Below, one piece after another: positions 25,429-33,995 of a stretch of DNA of 40,747 bases (position 1 is the first letter of the stretch; every line of letters starts with the position of its first letter). Under the pieces are notes generated by a model that made no database searches, was not told the origin of the DNA, and saw nothing but the letters and a program-made list of their open reading frames with translations. Both the position numbers and the translations under genes were made by a program. Source of the DNA: Dehalococcoidia bacterium (GTDB lineage: Bacteria > Chloroflexota > Dehalococcoidia > GIF9 > AB-539-J10); NCBI GenBank assembly GCA_023229725.1, contig JALNYR010000003.1, forward strand, positions 1-40,747, given 5' to 3'.

Positions 25429-25458
25429 AAGACAAAGGGGCCAGCCGAAGCCAGCCCC
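25429..25458 (-). terminator. Intrinsic terminator ending the late operon
   Basis: GGGGCTGGC-TTCG-GCTGGCCCC followed by TTTGTCTT; a second hairpin (TCCCC...GGGGA) lies just upstream. Confidence 0.8.
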
Positions 25459-25492
25459 AGAGGAGGAGAAGTCCCCGGCGAAGGGGAGATCT

Positions 25493-26161
25493 CTACTTCT
25501 TCTTCGGCTTGCAGTTGTTCGGGATGACTGCCACCTCCTGAATCCATTCGGGCGTGATCTCCACTCCGTCTGCGTTGCGGGCCGTGAAGTGGATCGAGAG
25601 CACATCCGTTGCTAGTTGAATCGCGGCAGCCGGCGGCAGATCAGTGCTGATCGTGCCACAGTCCTTCGGCGCAGCATCCGGCTTGCCAAGCGGGATGAAG
25701 CCGCACGGGTAGCCCGCGCCAATCTGCGCGTACGGGCGGACCGCATTCGCATAGAGCACGAGTTCACCCGGAACAACCCACTCACCATCGCACTGCGGCC
25801 CGGTGTCGCCCATGTAGGCAGGCACTCGGGCGGCGTCCGACTTGCGGAATGCCGTAACCTTGACCTTGTACGGACCGGTTCCGTTGTCGATGAGCCCGCG
25901 GTCAATGCCGCAAGGGCCATCCGCAGACGTTGCCGGCTTGTTCGGCCAGCACGCGAGGACGATTCGTTGTCCCTCATCACAGGACGCCGGCAAGAGGAAG
26001 CCCGCGAAGCGCGGCGCGGGACGCTTCCCGGCAGGAATGCCCGGAACAAACGGCGTGTCCGGAGTGTTCGTCTGTGGCTTCTTGCGGAGGAACACGATCC
26101 ACACGCCCACCGCCGCCAGCCCCCAGAACACGACCATGCCAAGCAGTTGATTCGTCGTCAT
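25493..26161 (-). CDS. Membrane-anchored Cys/Pro-rich protein in the lysis module (function unknown)
   Basis: N-terminal TM helix followed by RKK and a Pro-rich linker; SD AGGAGG; follows the holin. Confidence 0.7.
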   Translation of the reverse strand: MTTNQLLGMVVFWGLAAVGVWIVFLRKKPQTNTPDTPFVPGIPAGKRPAPRFAGFLLPASCDEGQRIVLACWPNKPATSADGPCGIDRGLIDNGTGPYKVKVTAFRKSDAARVPAYMGDTGPQCDGEWVVPGELVLYANAVRPYAQIGAGYPCGFIPLGKPDAAPKDCGTISTDLPPAAAIQLATDVLSIHFTARNADGVEITPEWIQEVAVIPNNCKPKKK

Positions 26162-26170
26162 GGTCGCCTC

Positions 26171-26467
26171 CTAGAGCGTCTCACTCGGCAACTTGAGGTC
26201 CAGCTTCTCCTTGATGCTACGGAAGAGGACCTGCGCCGTACCGAAGATGATGCCCGTGCCCTGGAGCATGAGCGCCGGATTCGTCAGGATCTCGGTGATG
26301 CCGCCCGCGCCCGTCAGTACAGACACGGCGACGGAGAGCACGATCGAGATGAGCACGGCGGCCCAGAGCATCCTGGTCCCGTCAAGCTTGAACGTCTTCT
26401 TGAGCCACTGGCAGACAGGGACGGCAATCGCCCCGGCGAGTAGCTGTACTACCGCTTCACTCCACAT
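26171..26467 (-). CDS. Putative holin (98 aa, 2-3 TM segments)
   Basis: Hydrophobic helices, QWLKK motif and charged C-terminus; lies after the tail genes. Confidence 0.75.
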   Translation of the reverse strand: MWSEAVVQLLAGAIAVPVCQWLKKTFKLDGTRMLWAAVLISIVLSVAVSVLTGAGGITEILTNPALMLQGTGIIFGTAQVLFRSIKEKLDLKLPSETL

Positions 26468-26530
26468 CTCTACCTTCCTCCTCTTCCGGCTACGATTTCG
26501 GGGGCGCAGCGCCGGTCCCTACGCTCCCGG

Positions 26531-26860
26531 TTAGAACTGGATGAACTTGCCAACGATGGTCACAATCCCGCTTCCGATGGCAAGCCAGATAGCTAGGCGC
26601 GTCTGTATGCGCTGCTTCCTCGTGGACTTCTCTTCGTCGAGCCGTTCCCGTTCGTTCTTCTGAAGGCCCCCGACCGCTCCCTCGATCGTCGAGAGACGGG
26701 ACGAAAATGACGGCTGACCGTTTCCTTCAAGCAGCACACGAATGAGCTTGCCTACTCCCTGACGGGTCTCGCCCACGTCGCGTTCGATTGTCTCGAGGCG
26801 GCGGTCTGTTTCCGCGCGCCGCGCCTCACACAAGGACTCGCTGACTGTTGGATCCGCCAA
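26531..26860 (-). CDS. Coiled-coil protein with a C-terminal TM helix (XhlA-like lysis accessory)
   Basis: TTG start with AAAGGAG SD; CEARR..RRLETIE...LAIWLAIGSGIVTIVGKF. Confidence 0.65.
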   Translation of the reverse strand: MADPTVSESLCEARRAETDRRLETIERDVGETRQGVGKLIRVLLEGNGQPSFSSRLSTIEGAVGGLQKNERERLDEEKSTRKQRIQTRLAIWLAIGSGIVTIVGKFIQF

Positions 26861-26883
26861 GAGTGCTCCTTTCGCGTTCCAGT

Positions 26884-27135
26884 CTATCCGTCTCCGCGTC
26901 GGAAAACAGGCCCCTCGAACGAGGCCCGATCCACCGCCGAGAAGTCCACTTCCTTCAAGTCCGGCAGCCCTTCGATGCGGCTGCGGATCCGTTCCCATGC
27001 TTCGCGCTGGGCTCCGATATGTTTCTCGCGTTCCATTGCCGCGCGCGCGTCGATCGACTGCACGGCGAAGAGATGGGCCATCAACTCCATCTTCTCCTCG
27101 CGGGTCAGCTTGATCTCTTTCCGTTCCTTCGCCAC
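26884..27135 (-). CDS. Hypothetical protein (83 aa) after Tal
   Basis: GTG start with AGGAGG SD. Confidence 0.65.
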   Translation of the reverse strand: MAKERKEIKLTREEKMELMAHLFAVQSIDARAAMEREKHIGAQREAWERIRSRIEGLPDLKEVDFSAVDRASFEGPVFRRGDG

Positions 27136-27143
27136 GTCTCCTC

Positions 27144-29120
27144 CTATGTCGTGAACGTGATCTTTCGAGTCGCCCCACCGATGACGACCGTGATTTCCCC
27201 CGCCCCGAGCGCGCCGCCGGTCGTCACCCACGCGGTGACCTGCATCGGAGAACTTCCGCCAATGTCAAAGTACAGATCGTCATAGGCGTAGAGGTAGAGG
27301 TCTCCGCGTTGCGCCTCTACAGTTACGTCCGTGTAGCCTTTGAGGCTCACGTTCTCCGTCAGCAGTAGGTAAGACGAGTTCGCCACGGTGCCGTCCGTCG
27401 AGTACCCGAGCCATTCGTCGTTGTCAATGTTCAGGCAGTGAGGGTAGGCGTCCGTTCCGCCGCGGAAGTCGGTGCAGTTGTAGAGCGCGTGGCCGCTCAT
27501 GTTGAGGTCTGCGGCGATCGTTCCGGTGATGTCCCCGACCACGATGAGTTGCGTGCCCGTCCACTTCATGTAGTTGGTCGCGTCGCCGATCGTGAACATG
27601 GACGCGCCGGCAGCGTAGCCGAGCCAGAATCCTGGGTCCGTGTCAGACGGTCCGGTCTTGCCCTGGCAGATGGCGCTACCCGTCGTCTCAGCGAGCGTGA
27701 TCGTCTGAGCGTCGATCGTTCCTGCGGTGATCTTGTCTGCGGAGAGCGAGGCGATTTTCCCGCTGGTCACGGCTAGGTCTACGATCTGCAACGTGTCCAC
27801 GATTCCCGTAGTCGCGGAGATGTCCAGCGCCGAAACCTTGATCGAGAGCGTGCCCAGCACGGGGTTGAAGTCGAACCAGTACGTGCCGTCTGAGGCGTAG
27901 AGCCTGCCAGTGGAATCCATGTAGGTCTTCCACCCGCTATCGTAGTAGCCGAGGTAGTCGGTCGAGACGTAGAGCCCCGCGCCGCTCGGTGCGCCGGGCA
28001 ACGCGCCGGGCGTTCCGCCGGGGATGTTCGAGACGTCGATGTTCGAGAGGTCGTTGACGTTGACCTGTTCGGCGGCAGAGAAGTCGAACTCCTCGCCCTT
28101 GTTGGCAAGCTCTAGCGTCACGTCGCCGGGCGCGCCGGTCACGTCGGACTTCGTGAGGGACATCACGCGCACGGACACGTCGATTCCGAGGATTGAATCC
28201 GTCACGGTCACGAGCGCGCCGATGGTGAAGGTGTCGATCGACTCGTTTGTGATGCGCACGAGGTCCGCCGCGGAGATCGTGTACGTCATCTTCGGTTCGG
28301 CGAGCGTGACGAGCAGGTCAACCGCCGCGGCGTAGAGTTGGGCCTCGGTCGTGTAGCGTTGGTCCGTCCAGTGGCGCGTGAGCGTGCCGTACGTGGCGAC
28401 GTTGCACGTGATGTAAGCGAGGCCACCGGGCTCTACCGTCGTAATCCCGATCTGATCGACTCCGCTTCCTGCGCCATGCGGATAGAGCTTCGTGACGAGG
28501 TCGGAGTAGTCGGCTTCGCGTGCAAGCTCTTTGGCGTTGCGCCCGTAGTCGATGTAGGCCGTCGGGGTGCTGGGCGGTGCAATGAGGTTCAGCGTCCACG
28601 GGTAGGTCGCCGTGCTGAAGGTGAAGAAGTATCCGGCCTGGAAGCGTCCCGGCACGTCGAGTACCGCGCGCAGTAGCTTCGTGCCGCGCGCCCATTCGTA
28701 GAGGAAGTCCTCTGAGAAGTCGCAGGTTCCGAGCGTCCAGCGCGCGACTGCCTGGGATGCGAGGATGGCTGTCAGCGCCGCGGAGGTTCCCGCCACCGCG
28801 CCCGCGTAGGTGGTCGCTGCGAACTCATCATCGTTCAGCGTGGCGAGCGCGTGCTCGCAGTCGAATCGAACGTAGTCGTGGCCCTTCGTCTCCTTGATGA
28901 TGCGGAAGAGCTCGATGCGCGTGTCACCGTTCCACAGTTCGGCGAATCGCTGCGCCGTGATCTCGGACAGGTGCTCGTCGTCGAGCGGGACGGAGAACGA
29001 TGCGGTGCCGACTTCGTTGGCGCGGAGCGTGTAGGAGATGCCGAAGGCGCGCGGCAGGTACGCGGCCTTGTTCATTGCGGCGTCATAGATGATGACGGGC
29101 GCGGTCACTGGTGCGGTCAT
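27144..29120 (-). CDS. Tal/baseplate hub (prophage tail endopeptidase-like) with C-terminal extension
   Basis: N.VGTASFSVP, IDYGRNAKELAR..DYSDLVTKLYPHG, P.MTYTISAADL; later IASLSADKITAGTID fibre-type repeat. Confidence 0.85.
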   Translation of the reverse strand: MTAPVTAPVIIYDAAMNKAAYLPRAFGISYTLRANEVGTASFSVPLDDEHLSEITAQRFAELWNGDTRIELFRIIKETKGHDYVRFDCEHALATLNDDEFAATTYAGAVAGTSAALTAILASQAVARWTLGTCDFSEDFLYEWARGTKLLRAVLDVPGRFQAGYFFTFSTATYPWTLNLIAPPSTPTAYIDYGRNAKELAREADYSDLVTKLYPHGAGSGVDQIGITTVEPGGLAYITCNVATYGTLTRHWTDQRYTTEAQLYAAAVDLLVTLAEPKMTYTISAADLVRITNESIDTFTIGALVTVTDSILGIDVSVRVMSLTKSDVTGAPGDVTLELANKGEEFDFSAAEQVNVNDLSNIDVSNIPGGTPGALPGAPSGAGLYVSTDYLGYYDSGWKTYMDSTGRLYASDGTYWFDFNPVLGTLSIKVSALDISATTGIVDTLQIVDLAVTSGKIASLSADKITAGTIDAQTITLAETTGSAICQGKTGPSDTDPGFWLGYAAGASMFTIGDATNYMKWTGTQLIVVGDITGTIAADLNMSGHALYNCTDFRGGTDAYPHCLNIDNDEWLGYSTDGTVANSSYLLLTENVSLKGYTDVTVEAQRGDLYLYAYDDLYFDIGGSSPMQVTAWVTTGGALGAGEITVVIGGATRKITFTT

Positions 29121-30283
29121 AGCTCGCGCTCCTTGTGGCGAATGGTGAGGGCGGCGGTGCGCGCTGCTTCTGCGTCATCCCAGGTGAGAGTGTTCACGCC
29201 CGGGTAGACGCTGGGGAAGTCTCCCGAGTGGTTGTAGCGCACGTCAGATCCGTTCAGTTTGACGGTCCGCTTGTCGCAGTCGATCTCTAGGAAGTCACCC
29301 GGTGCGAGGGTGCCCGCGTACGATAGCGCCTGGATGATGTAGAGGAGAGCCGACGCGGAGAGAGAAGACGCGGACGTGATGGAGACGGTTGCCGTGATGA
29401 ACTTGTCGCCCACCGCGCCGACGTTGCCCGCCGCGATGATGGCCGACTCCGCGCCGACCACCTGCGCGACGCGCCACCCCGCCGCTTGAAGAATGGAGGA
29501 AACGGACATCGCAGATGTAGCGAGGATCGGCATACCGCCCGCCGCAATCAGCGAGGCGATGGCCTGCGCAGACATCTCCCCGAACTTGATCTGCGGAGGA
29601 TTTGCGAACAGCGATGCGACTGCCGCGAGCGCCGCTTGGCCGTTGAAGACACGCAGAGGGTCGGCGGTGATCGTCGCGGAGACGGAAGCGGACAGCGTTC
29701 CGGAGTAGATCGTTCCCCACGTTACCGTCAGATATGTTGCCTGTCCGCTGTAATGGTAGCAGCCCAGTTCCTCCTCTCCAGAAGGTGCGGTTCCCGCGAT
29801 CTCTCGGTTGTTGCGGAGCATGAAGCGCGTGTAGCCTTCTGGAACAATCCATGATCTGCCGGTCGAGTTGAGTGTCAGAGTATTCCATGCGCTTAGGACG
29901 ATGTCCGCACTCGCAAGCGAGCCGCCGTCCCCGCTGTACAAGGAGTAGTTGTAGTCTTCGAGAGCAATCGGGTAATACGGGCGCGTCCCGCCCCCAGTCT
30001 GCACAACAACGCTCCACGCCGTGTCCGCAGAGAGCGAGTTTGCGTACAGATGAATTGCCGCGCCTGTGATGTTGGACCCCACAGGGATCACGCTCGTATC
30101 GAACACGAGCGGCATTCGCGTGATGTTGTACGTTGTCCCAAAGTTGCGCTGCCCGCACAGCGCGAAGGTTGTTAGCAGCACGTCAGCCGATGCTGCTGCG
30201 CGGAGCGTCGTGTACGACGCTAGAGGTCCTTTATACAGTGATTTGTACGTACCGAGCGCCGTGAAGTTCGCCACTACACCCAC
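29117..30283 (-). CDS. Minor tail protein: N-terminal beta (carbohydrate-binding-like) domain, Ala-rich stalk and Dit-C-like domain
   Basis: R..LVFDTS.IP.GS.ITGA.I.LY N-terminal domain; ends YAGTLAPGDFLEID..TVKLNG..GDFP.VYPGVNTL. Alternative start at 30274. Confidence 0.75.
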   Translation of the reverse strand: MGVVANFTALGTYKSLYKGPLASYTTLRAAASADVLLTTFALCGQRNFGTTYNITRMPLVFDTSVIPVGSNITGAAIHLYANSLSADTAWSVVVQTGGGTRPYYPIALEDYNYSLYSGDGGSLASADIVLSAWNTLTLNSTGRSWIVPEGYTRFMLRNNREIAGTAPSGEEELGCYHYSGQATYLTVTWGTIYSGTLSASVSATITADPLRVFNGQAALAAVASLFANPPQIKFGEMSAQAIASLIAAGGMPILATSAMSVSSILQAAGWRVAQVVGAESAIIAAGNVGAVGDKFITATVSITSASSLSASALLYIIQALSYAGTLAPGDFLEIDCDKRTVKLNGSDVRYNHSGDFPSVYPGVNTLTWDDAEAARTAALTIRHKEREL

Positions 30284-31095
30284 CTCGGCTTATGATCCAG
30301 GCGCACGTCGGCGGTGCGGGATGCGTCATCATCGTCCCAAGTGACCGTGTTGGCTCCCGGTTGCAGGTGCGGGAAGACGCCGGTGAAGTAGCGCGTGTAG
30401 TTCACGCCGTTCAGCGTAACCGTCATCGTGTCGGTGTCAATCTCCACCACGTCACCAGGAACAAGCGTGCCCGTGTAGCCTAGCGCGCGAACGATGTAGA
30501 CAAGGCCGGAGATTGCGGACGCCGTGCTCGCCGTGATCGTGCAGGCACCTCTTTTGACGCGGATTCCGAATGCCGACAGAGCCGCCACGACATCGATTGC
30601 AGCCTCGCCTGGATTCACCTTGCACGCGAAGCCGGTGAGCGCGGAGACGATTGCGAGCCCCGCGATGCCCGACGCCAGCATGTCCCCATCTGCGCTCGCC
30701 GCCGAATGCGCCACGGCCTGCATGATGCCCGACATCGCCGCGTCAGGGTCGGCGGAGATCCCCGGCTCGACGAGGATGCTCAGGATTCCCGGCTGCACGC
30801 GGGTAGCCCCTGCGATCAACTGAGAGGCCCCAGCAAAGGCGGCGATCCCTCGCAGGGTAGAATCCCCCTTCGCAACCACCGCGGAGGACGTGCCAGCTGC
30901 CAGGATTCCGTCCATGATGGCCTGCGCCACTGCCGCCAGAGTCACCACGCCAGAGAGAGACGCCGCGCCAGAGAACACCCCGACGCCGTTTATCACCACG
31001 GCGGGGCTCACGGTACACGACAGGATCCCGTAGTAAACGGCACCCGAACTCACCGCGCCGTACATCGTCGTGCCGTACTGCTCGTTGCCGAACAG
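30274..31095 (-). CDS. Minor tail protein: Ala/Gly-rich stalk and Dit-C-like domain, probable CTG start
   Basis: AGGAGG-5 nt-CTG at 31095 is in frame with ATG 31065; the C-terminus is paralogous to the next gene. Confidence 0.72.
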   Translation of the reverse strand: MFGNEQYGTTMYGAVSSGAVYYGILSCTVSPAVVINGVGVFSGAASLSGVVTLAAVAQAIMDGILAAGTSSAVVAKGDSTLRGIAAFAGASQLIAGATRVQPGILSILVEPGISADPDAAMSGIMQAVAHSAASADGDMLASGIAGLAIVSALTGFACKVNPGEAAIDVVAALSAFGIRVKRGACTITASTASAISGLVYIVRALGYTGTLVPGDVVEIDTDTMTVTLNGVNYTRYFTGVFPHLQPGANTVTWDDDDASRTADVRLDHKPRWV

Positions 31096-31104
31096 GCTTA
31101 CCTC

Positions 31105-32625
31105 CTACGGCTGATCCTGGATGAACGCCATGCCGTCCGCGACGAGATCTGCCGTGCTCGCCGGGGTGTTCGGGTCAGTGTCCGTCGTGTTGTCCGTGTA
31201 GACGAGCGCGGTCGTCCCCATGACCATTCCACCAATGACGGCCCACGCGCCTTTGCCGAGGTGTCGCATCTGGCTCGGATAGGAGCTTGATCCAGACCAT
31301 ACGCCAGCGCCGCTGGCGTAGATCCCAACGCTGTACGACTTTCCGGCGTCCATGCCATAGGCGACGCAGCCCGTGTATGAACCCATCGCCGAGAAGCACC
31401 AGAAGCCAATGGCAATCGAGGCATCGTCTGGAACCATGGCCGAGCAGTAATTCAGCGTCACAAAGGACTGGTTCGCCGATCGGAACCCGTAGCGGCAATG
31501 AATAGCCCCGCAATTCTCGAAGGTCACGGCTGAGAGGTTGGAAAGGTGCGCGCCGTAGTAACTCGTGGTCGCTGGATCGAGGGAGGACGCCTTGAACCCG
31601 ATACCCTTGAATGTCACATTGGTCAGACCAGAACAGTCAATCGGTGACGATTCCTCGCCGTCTACGCGCACCGCGCCCCACAGGATGTAGTCCGATCCAC
31701 TCGCAGGGTTCGTGTCCCACGTCGCCACGGTCAATCGGTTGTCTGACTCGTCAGAGTCCGTGATTTCTCGGATCTGCCCGCTCCCCGTGTCCTGCCAGAT
31801 CGAGATGAATGCGCCATTCCACTCGTCGTCTACTAGAACGTGCGCCGCCTCAACGTCGATGGTCGTGTTTGCCCCTGCCGTTGCGGCTCCACGAACGTGC
31901 CACGCGCGGTCCGCTGTGTCTACCGCTTGAATCGTCAGGCTCGCCGGGATCATAAACTTGGACAGCTTCGTCGTCAGGGTCTCGTCATACTCGCCCGGCG
32001 CGACGTTGATCGTGCAAGCATGCGCCAGGATGAACGGCAGGGCATCCAGCGCTCCTCCGATCGTCAGCTTCGGCGCACCAGACGTGCCCGCGTTTCCGTC
32101 GTCACCAGTCTTAGCGACGTAGAGCGTCGTTGCAGCCTGCGTGATGCAGGCCCCGAGATCAGTGGCCGAGAGCGCTCGGAACGCGGGAGCCCCCGCCGTG
32201 GCCGCGAGAAAATGCGTCGTCGTCGTATCCGCCGCAGCCGCTTTGGCCTTCTTCCCCGTCGTCCCATCGAACAGGACAACCGTGTTGTCCGTCACAGACG
32301 CCGGGCCATTCACGAGATCCGTGATCTCTTCCCCGGCGATCACGCGCTTGACCTCCGTCGCCGCCGGCCACGTCTTCGTCTCGTCGCCAACAGACACCAC
32401 TACGCCGATCGTGCAGGCCGTCAGCCCCGTGAGCGTGTTCGATGTCTTCCCGGTGTACTCCATGATGGCAAAGCTGGTCGCGTCGCCGATGCGGATGTAC
32501 CCGCCGCCTGCATCGAAGTCGGCCCCGCTCGTCAGGACAATCGACGTGTCAGTGCCGCGCTGCCATGTGTTGGCGACTGCGATGTCCGACTTGACGTTAT
32601 TAGATTTCGTGTAAGGCTTTGCCAT
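31105..32625 (-). CDS. Tail fibre/spike, candidate receptor-binding protein with a beta-helix-like C-terminal region
   Basis: TLYVAKTGDDGNAGT..APKLTI..AL...TINVAPGEYDE is typical of a beta-helix start; tail-module position. Confidence 0.78.
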   Translation of the reverse strand: MAKPYTKSNNVKSDIAVANTWQRGTDTSIVLTSGADFDAGGGYIRIGDATSFAIMEYTGKTSNTLTGLTACTIGVVVSVGDETKTWPAATEVKRVIAGEEITDLVNGPASVTDNTVVLFDGTTGKKAKAAAADTTTTHFLAATAGAPAFRALSATDLGACITQAATTLYVAKTGDDGNAGTSGAPKLTIGGALDALPFILAHACTINVAPGEYDETLTTKLSKFMIPASLTIQAVDTADRAWHVRGAATAGANTTIDVEAAHVLVDDEWNGAFISIWQDTGSGQIREITDSDESDNRLTVATWDTNPASGSDYILWGAVRVDGEESSPIDCSGLTNVTFKGIGFKASSLDPATTSYYGAHLSNLSAVTFENCGAIHCRYGFRSANQSFVTLNYCSAMVPDDASIAIGFWCFSAMGSYTGCVAYGMDAGKSYSVGIYASGAGVWSGSSSYPSQMRHLGKGAWAVIGGMVMGTTALVYTDNTTDTDPNTPASTADLVADGMAFIQDQP

Positions 32626-32631
32626 CCGTCA

Positions 32632-32976
32632 TCAGCCTCCGTTCTCTGCTTGCGGCACGGATAGGCGGCGCAGCTCCTCGAGCGCCGCGGCCCGGATCGT
32701 CTGCGCCACTTCCTCGTCCGGCTTGCCCGCCCACATCTCCGGCTGCACCGCGCGCGCCGTGGCGACGATCTCCGCATCCGTCTTCGTCAAGGCTGCCGCA
32801 ATCGTCAACACGGTTCCGATATGCTCGCCCTTGATGATGAGCGTCGTCGGCAGGCACCCATTCGCAAGCTGGCGCACGGACAGAGACATCGCAAGCTCCC
32901 CGCCGTCCACTACCCGCGTCGCCTTACCGAACAGACTGGGGTTCAACGTCAGCCGGCACTCCGCTTCGTGAATCAC
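32632..32976 (-). CDS. Hypothetical tail-region protein (114 aa)
   Basis: Fills the gap between tail genes on the coding strand. Confidence 0.6.
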   Translation of the reverse strand: MIHEAECRLTLNPSLFGKATRVVDGGELAMSLSVRQLANGCLPTTLIIKGEHIGTVLTIAAALTKTDAEIVATARAVQPEMWAGKPDEEVAQTIRAAALEELRRLSVPQAENGG

Positions 32977-32987
32977 AGAGCGCCGCC

Positions 32988-33404
32988 TTACGCCTGAACG
33001 GCAATCGAAACGGTGATGTTGCCGACGGCGAACTTCAACTGATCGCCGTCGTTGATCGTCTTCGATGCGGTCAGGGATCCGGATGCCTGCATGTCATCAG
33101 TCGCTTCAGTCGCGCTCGCAACGATGGCGAGGTGCGTGATGGTGCCCCAGTTGCCGCCGTTGGCCGGGGGAAACTCAAGCGCCGTGGTGTTCGCAATGGA
33201 GCCCGCATTCGCCCCGGTTGCCATCAAGAGCGCGGTGCGCGCGTAGTCAAACGCTGCCGCGATCTCCTGCCCCGCCATGTCGCCAGCGTCGCCCGGATCT
33301 GCATCGCACAGAGCGCCGTAGATCGTCACCGACTCGGGCGCGCCCGTGTGAAACAGGTGGTCGAGAACGTGGTTTCGTACAGTCGTCGAGAAGCCGCTTG
33401 CCAT
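32988..33404 (-). CDS. Small tail-fibre-associated structural protein (138 aa)
   Basis: FS...N..LDH...YAR...N...EFP.A...WGTITH.AI...LTASKTI..GD..KF..G pattern common in tail modules. Confidence 0.75.
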   Translation of the reverse strand: MASGFSTTVRNHVLDHLFHTGAPESVTIYGALCDADPGDAGDMAGQEIAAAFDYARTALLMATGANAGSIANTTALEFPPANGGNWGTITHLAIVASATEATDDMQASGSLTASKTINDGDQLKFAVGNITVSIAVQA

Positions 33405-33419
33405 TTCAAGTACCCCCTT

Positions 33420-33995
33420 CTAGGTCTTGAGTGCCGAGAACGTGAGAGTGAAGCCGGTGATGTCCCCGGCCCCGTCGTTCCTGATGCGAATGCGCGGAGG
33501 CGTTGCGTAGCCGCCGCTGTTGGTTACCGCAATCTCTTGCCCGTCTGCCGTGACCGTCGCCGAAGTCGTCACCGTGGATCCGTAGGCGTAGGGGTCGAAT
33601 GCCGTGAGGGGCAGCGTGATCTTCCCAGAGGCCCCGCCAAGGCGCTCAATCGGCAGGTTGCCAAGATAGCGCACGGTGTACGTCCGCGTGGGTTCCTTGG
33701 TGAATACAAGCGAGCAGTCCACCGGACGCCCGTCTGAGTCCAACAGCACCGCGGACACCGCACGCACCGCCGCCGCCAGCGTCTCTGGCGTAGTCGCCCC
33801 GACGAGCACGCACTCCAAGACGAAGACGCGCGCGGATAGGTCGGCCCCGAAGTCCACCGCGCCCTGCCGCCCCGGGACCTCAAGCGTCCTATCCCGCGTC
33901 GCCGGCAGTCCATCGTCCGTGTGCGAGCGCAGGAGTTGCAGACCGAGCGTCGTATCCGCCACGCCGCCCAACGTGAAGCGATGCACGGTTGCCAC
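33420..33995 (-). CDS. Distal tail protein (Dit), N-terminal portion
   Basis: Follows the TMP; EVPGRQGA.DFG..L.AR, L.F..EP.R.Y, PLTAFDPYAYG and V.NSG...TPP motifs. Confidence 0.82.
   Translation of the reverse strand: MATVHRFTLGGVADTTLGLQLLRSHTDDGLPATRDRTLEVPGRQGAVDFGADLSARVFVLECVLVGATTPETLAAAVRAVSAVLLDSDGRPVDCSLVFTKEPTRTYTVRYLGNLPIERLGGASGKITLPLTAFDPYAYGSTVTTSATVTADGQEIAVTNSGGYATPPRIRIRNDGAGDITGFTLTFSALKT

Noticed and set aside
29117-30500. Diversity-generating retroelement or invertible tail cassette from the duplicated C-termini
   Set aside because: The copies differ at all base types, are in direct orientation, and no reverse transcriptase or invertase is present.
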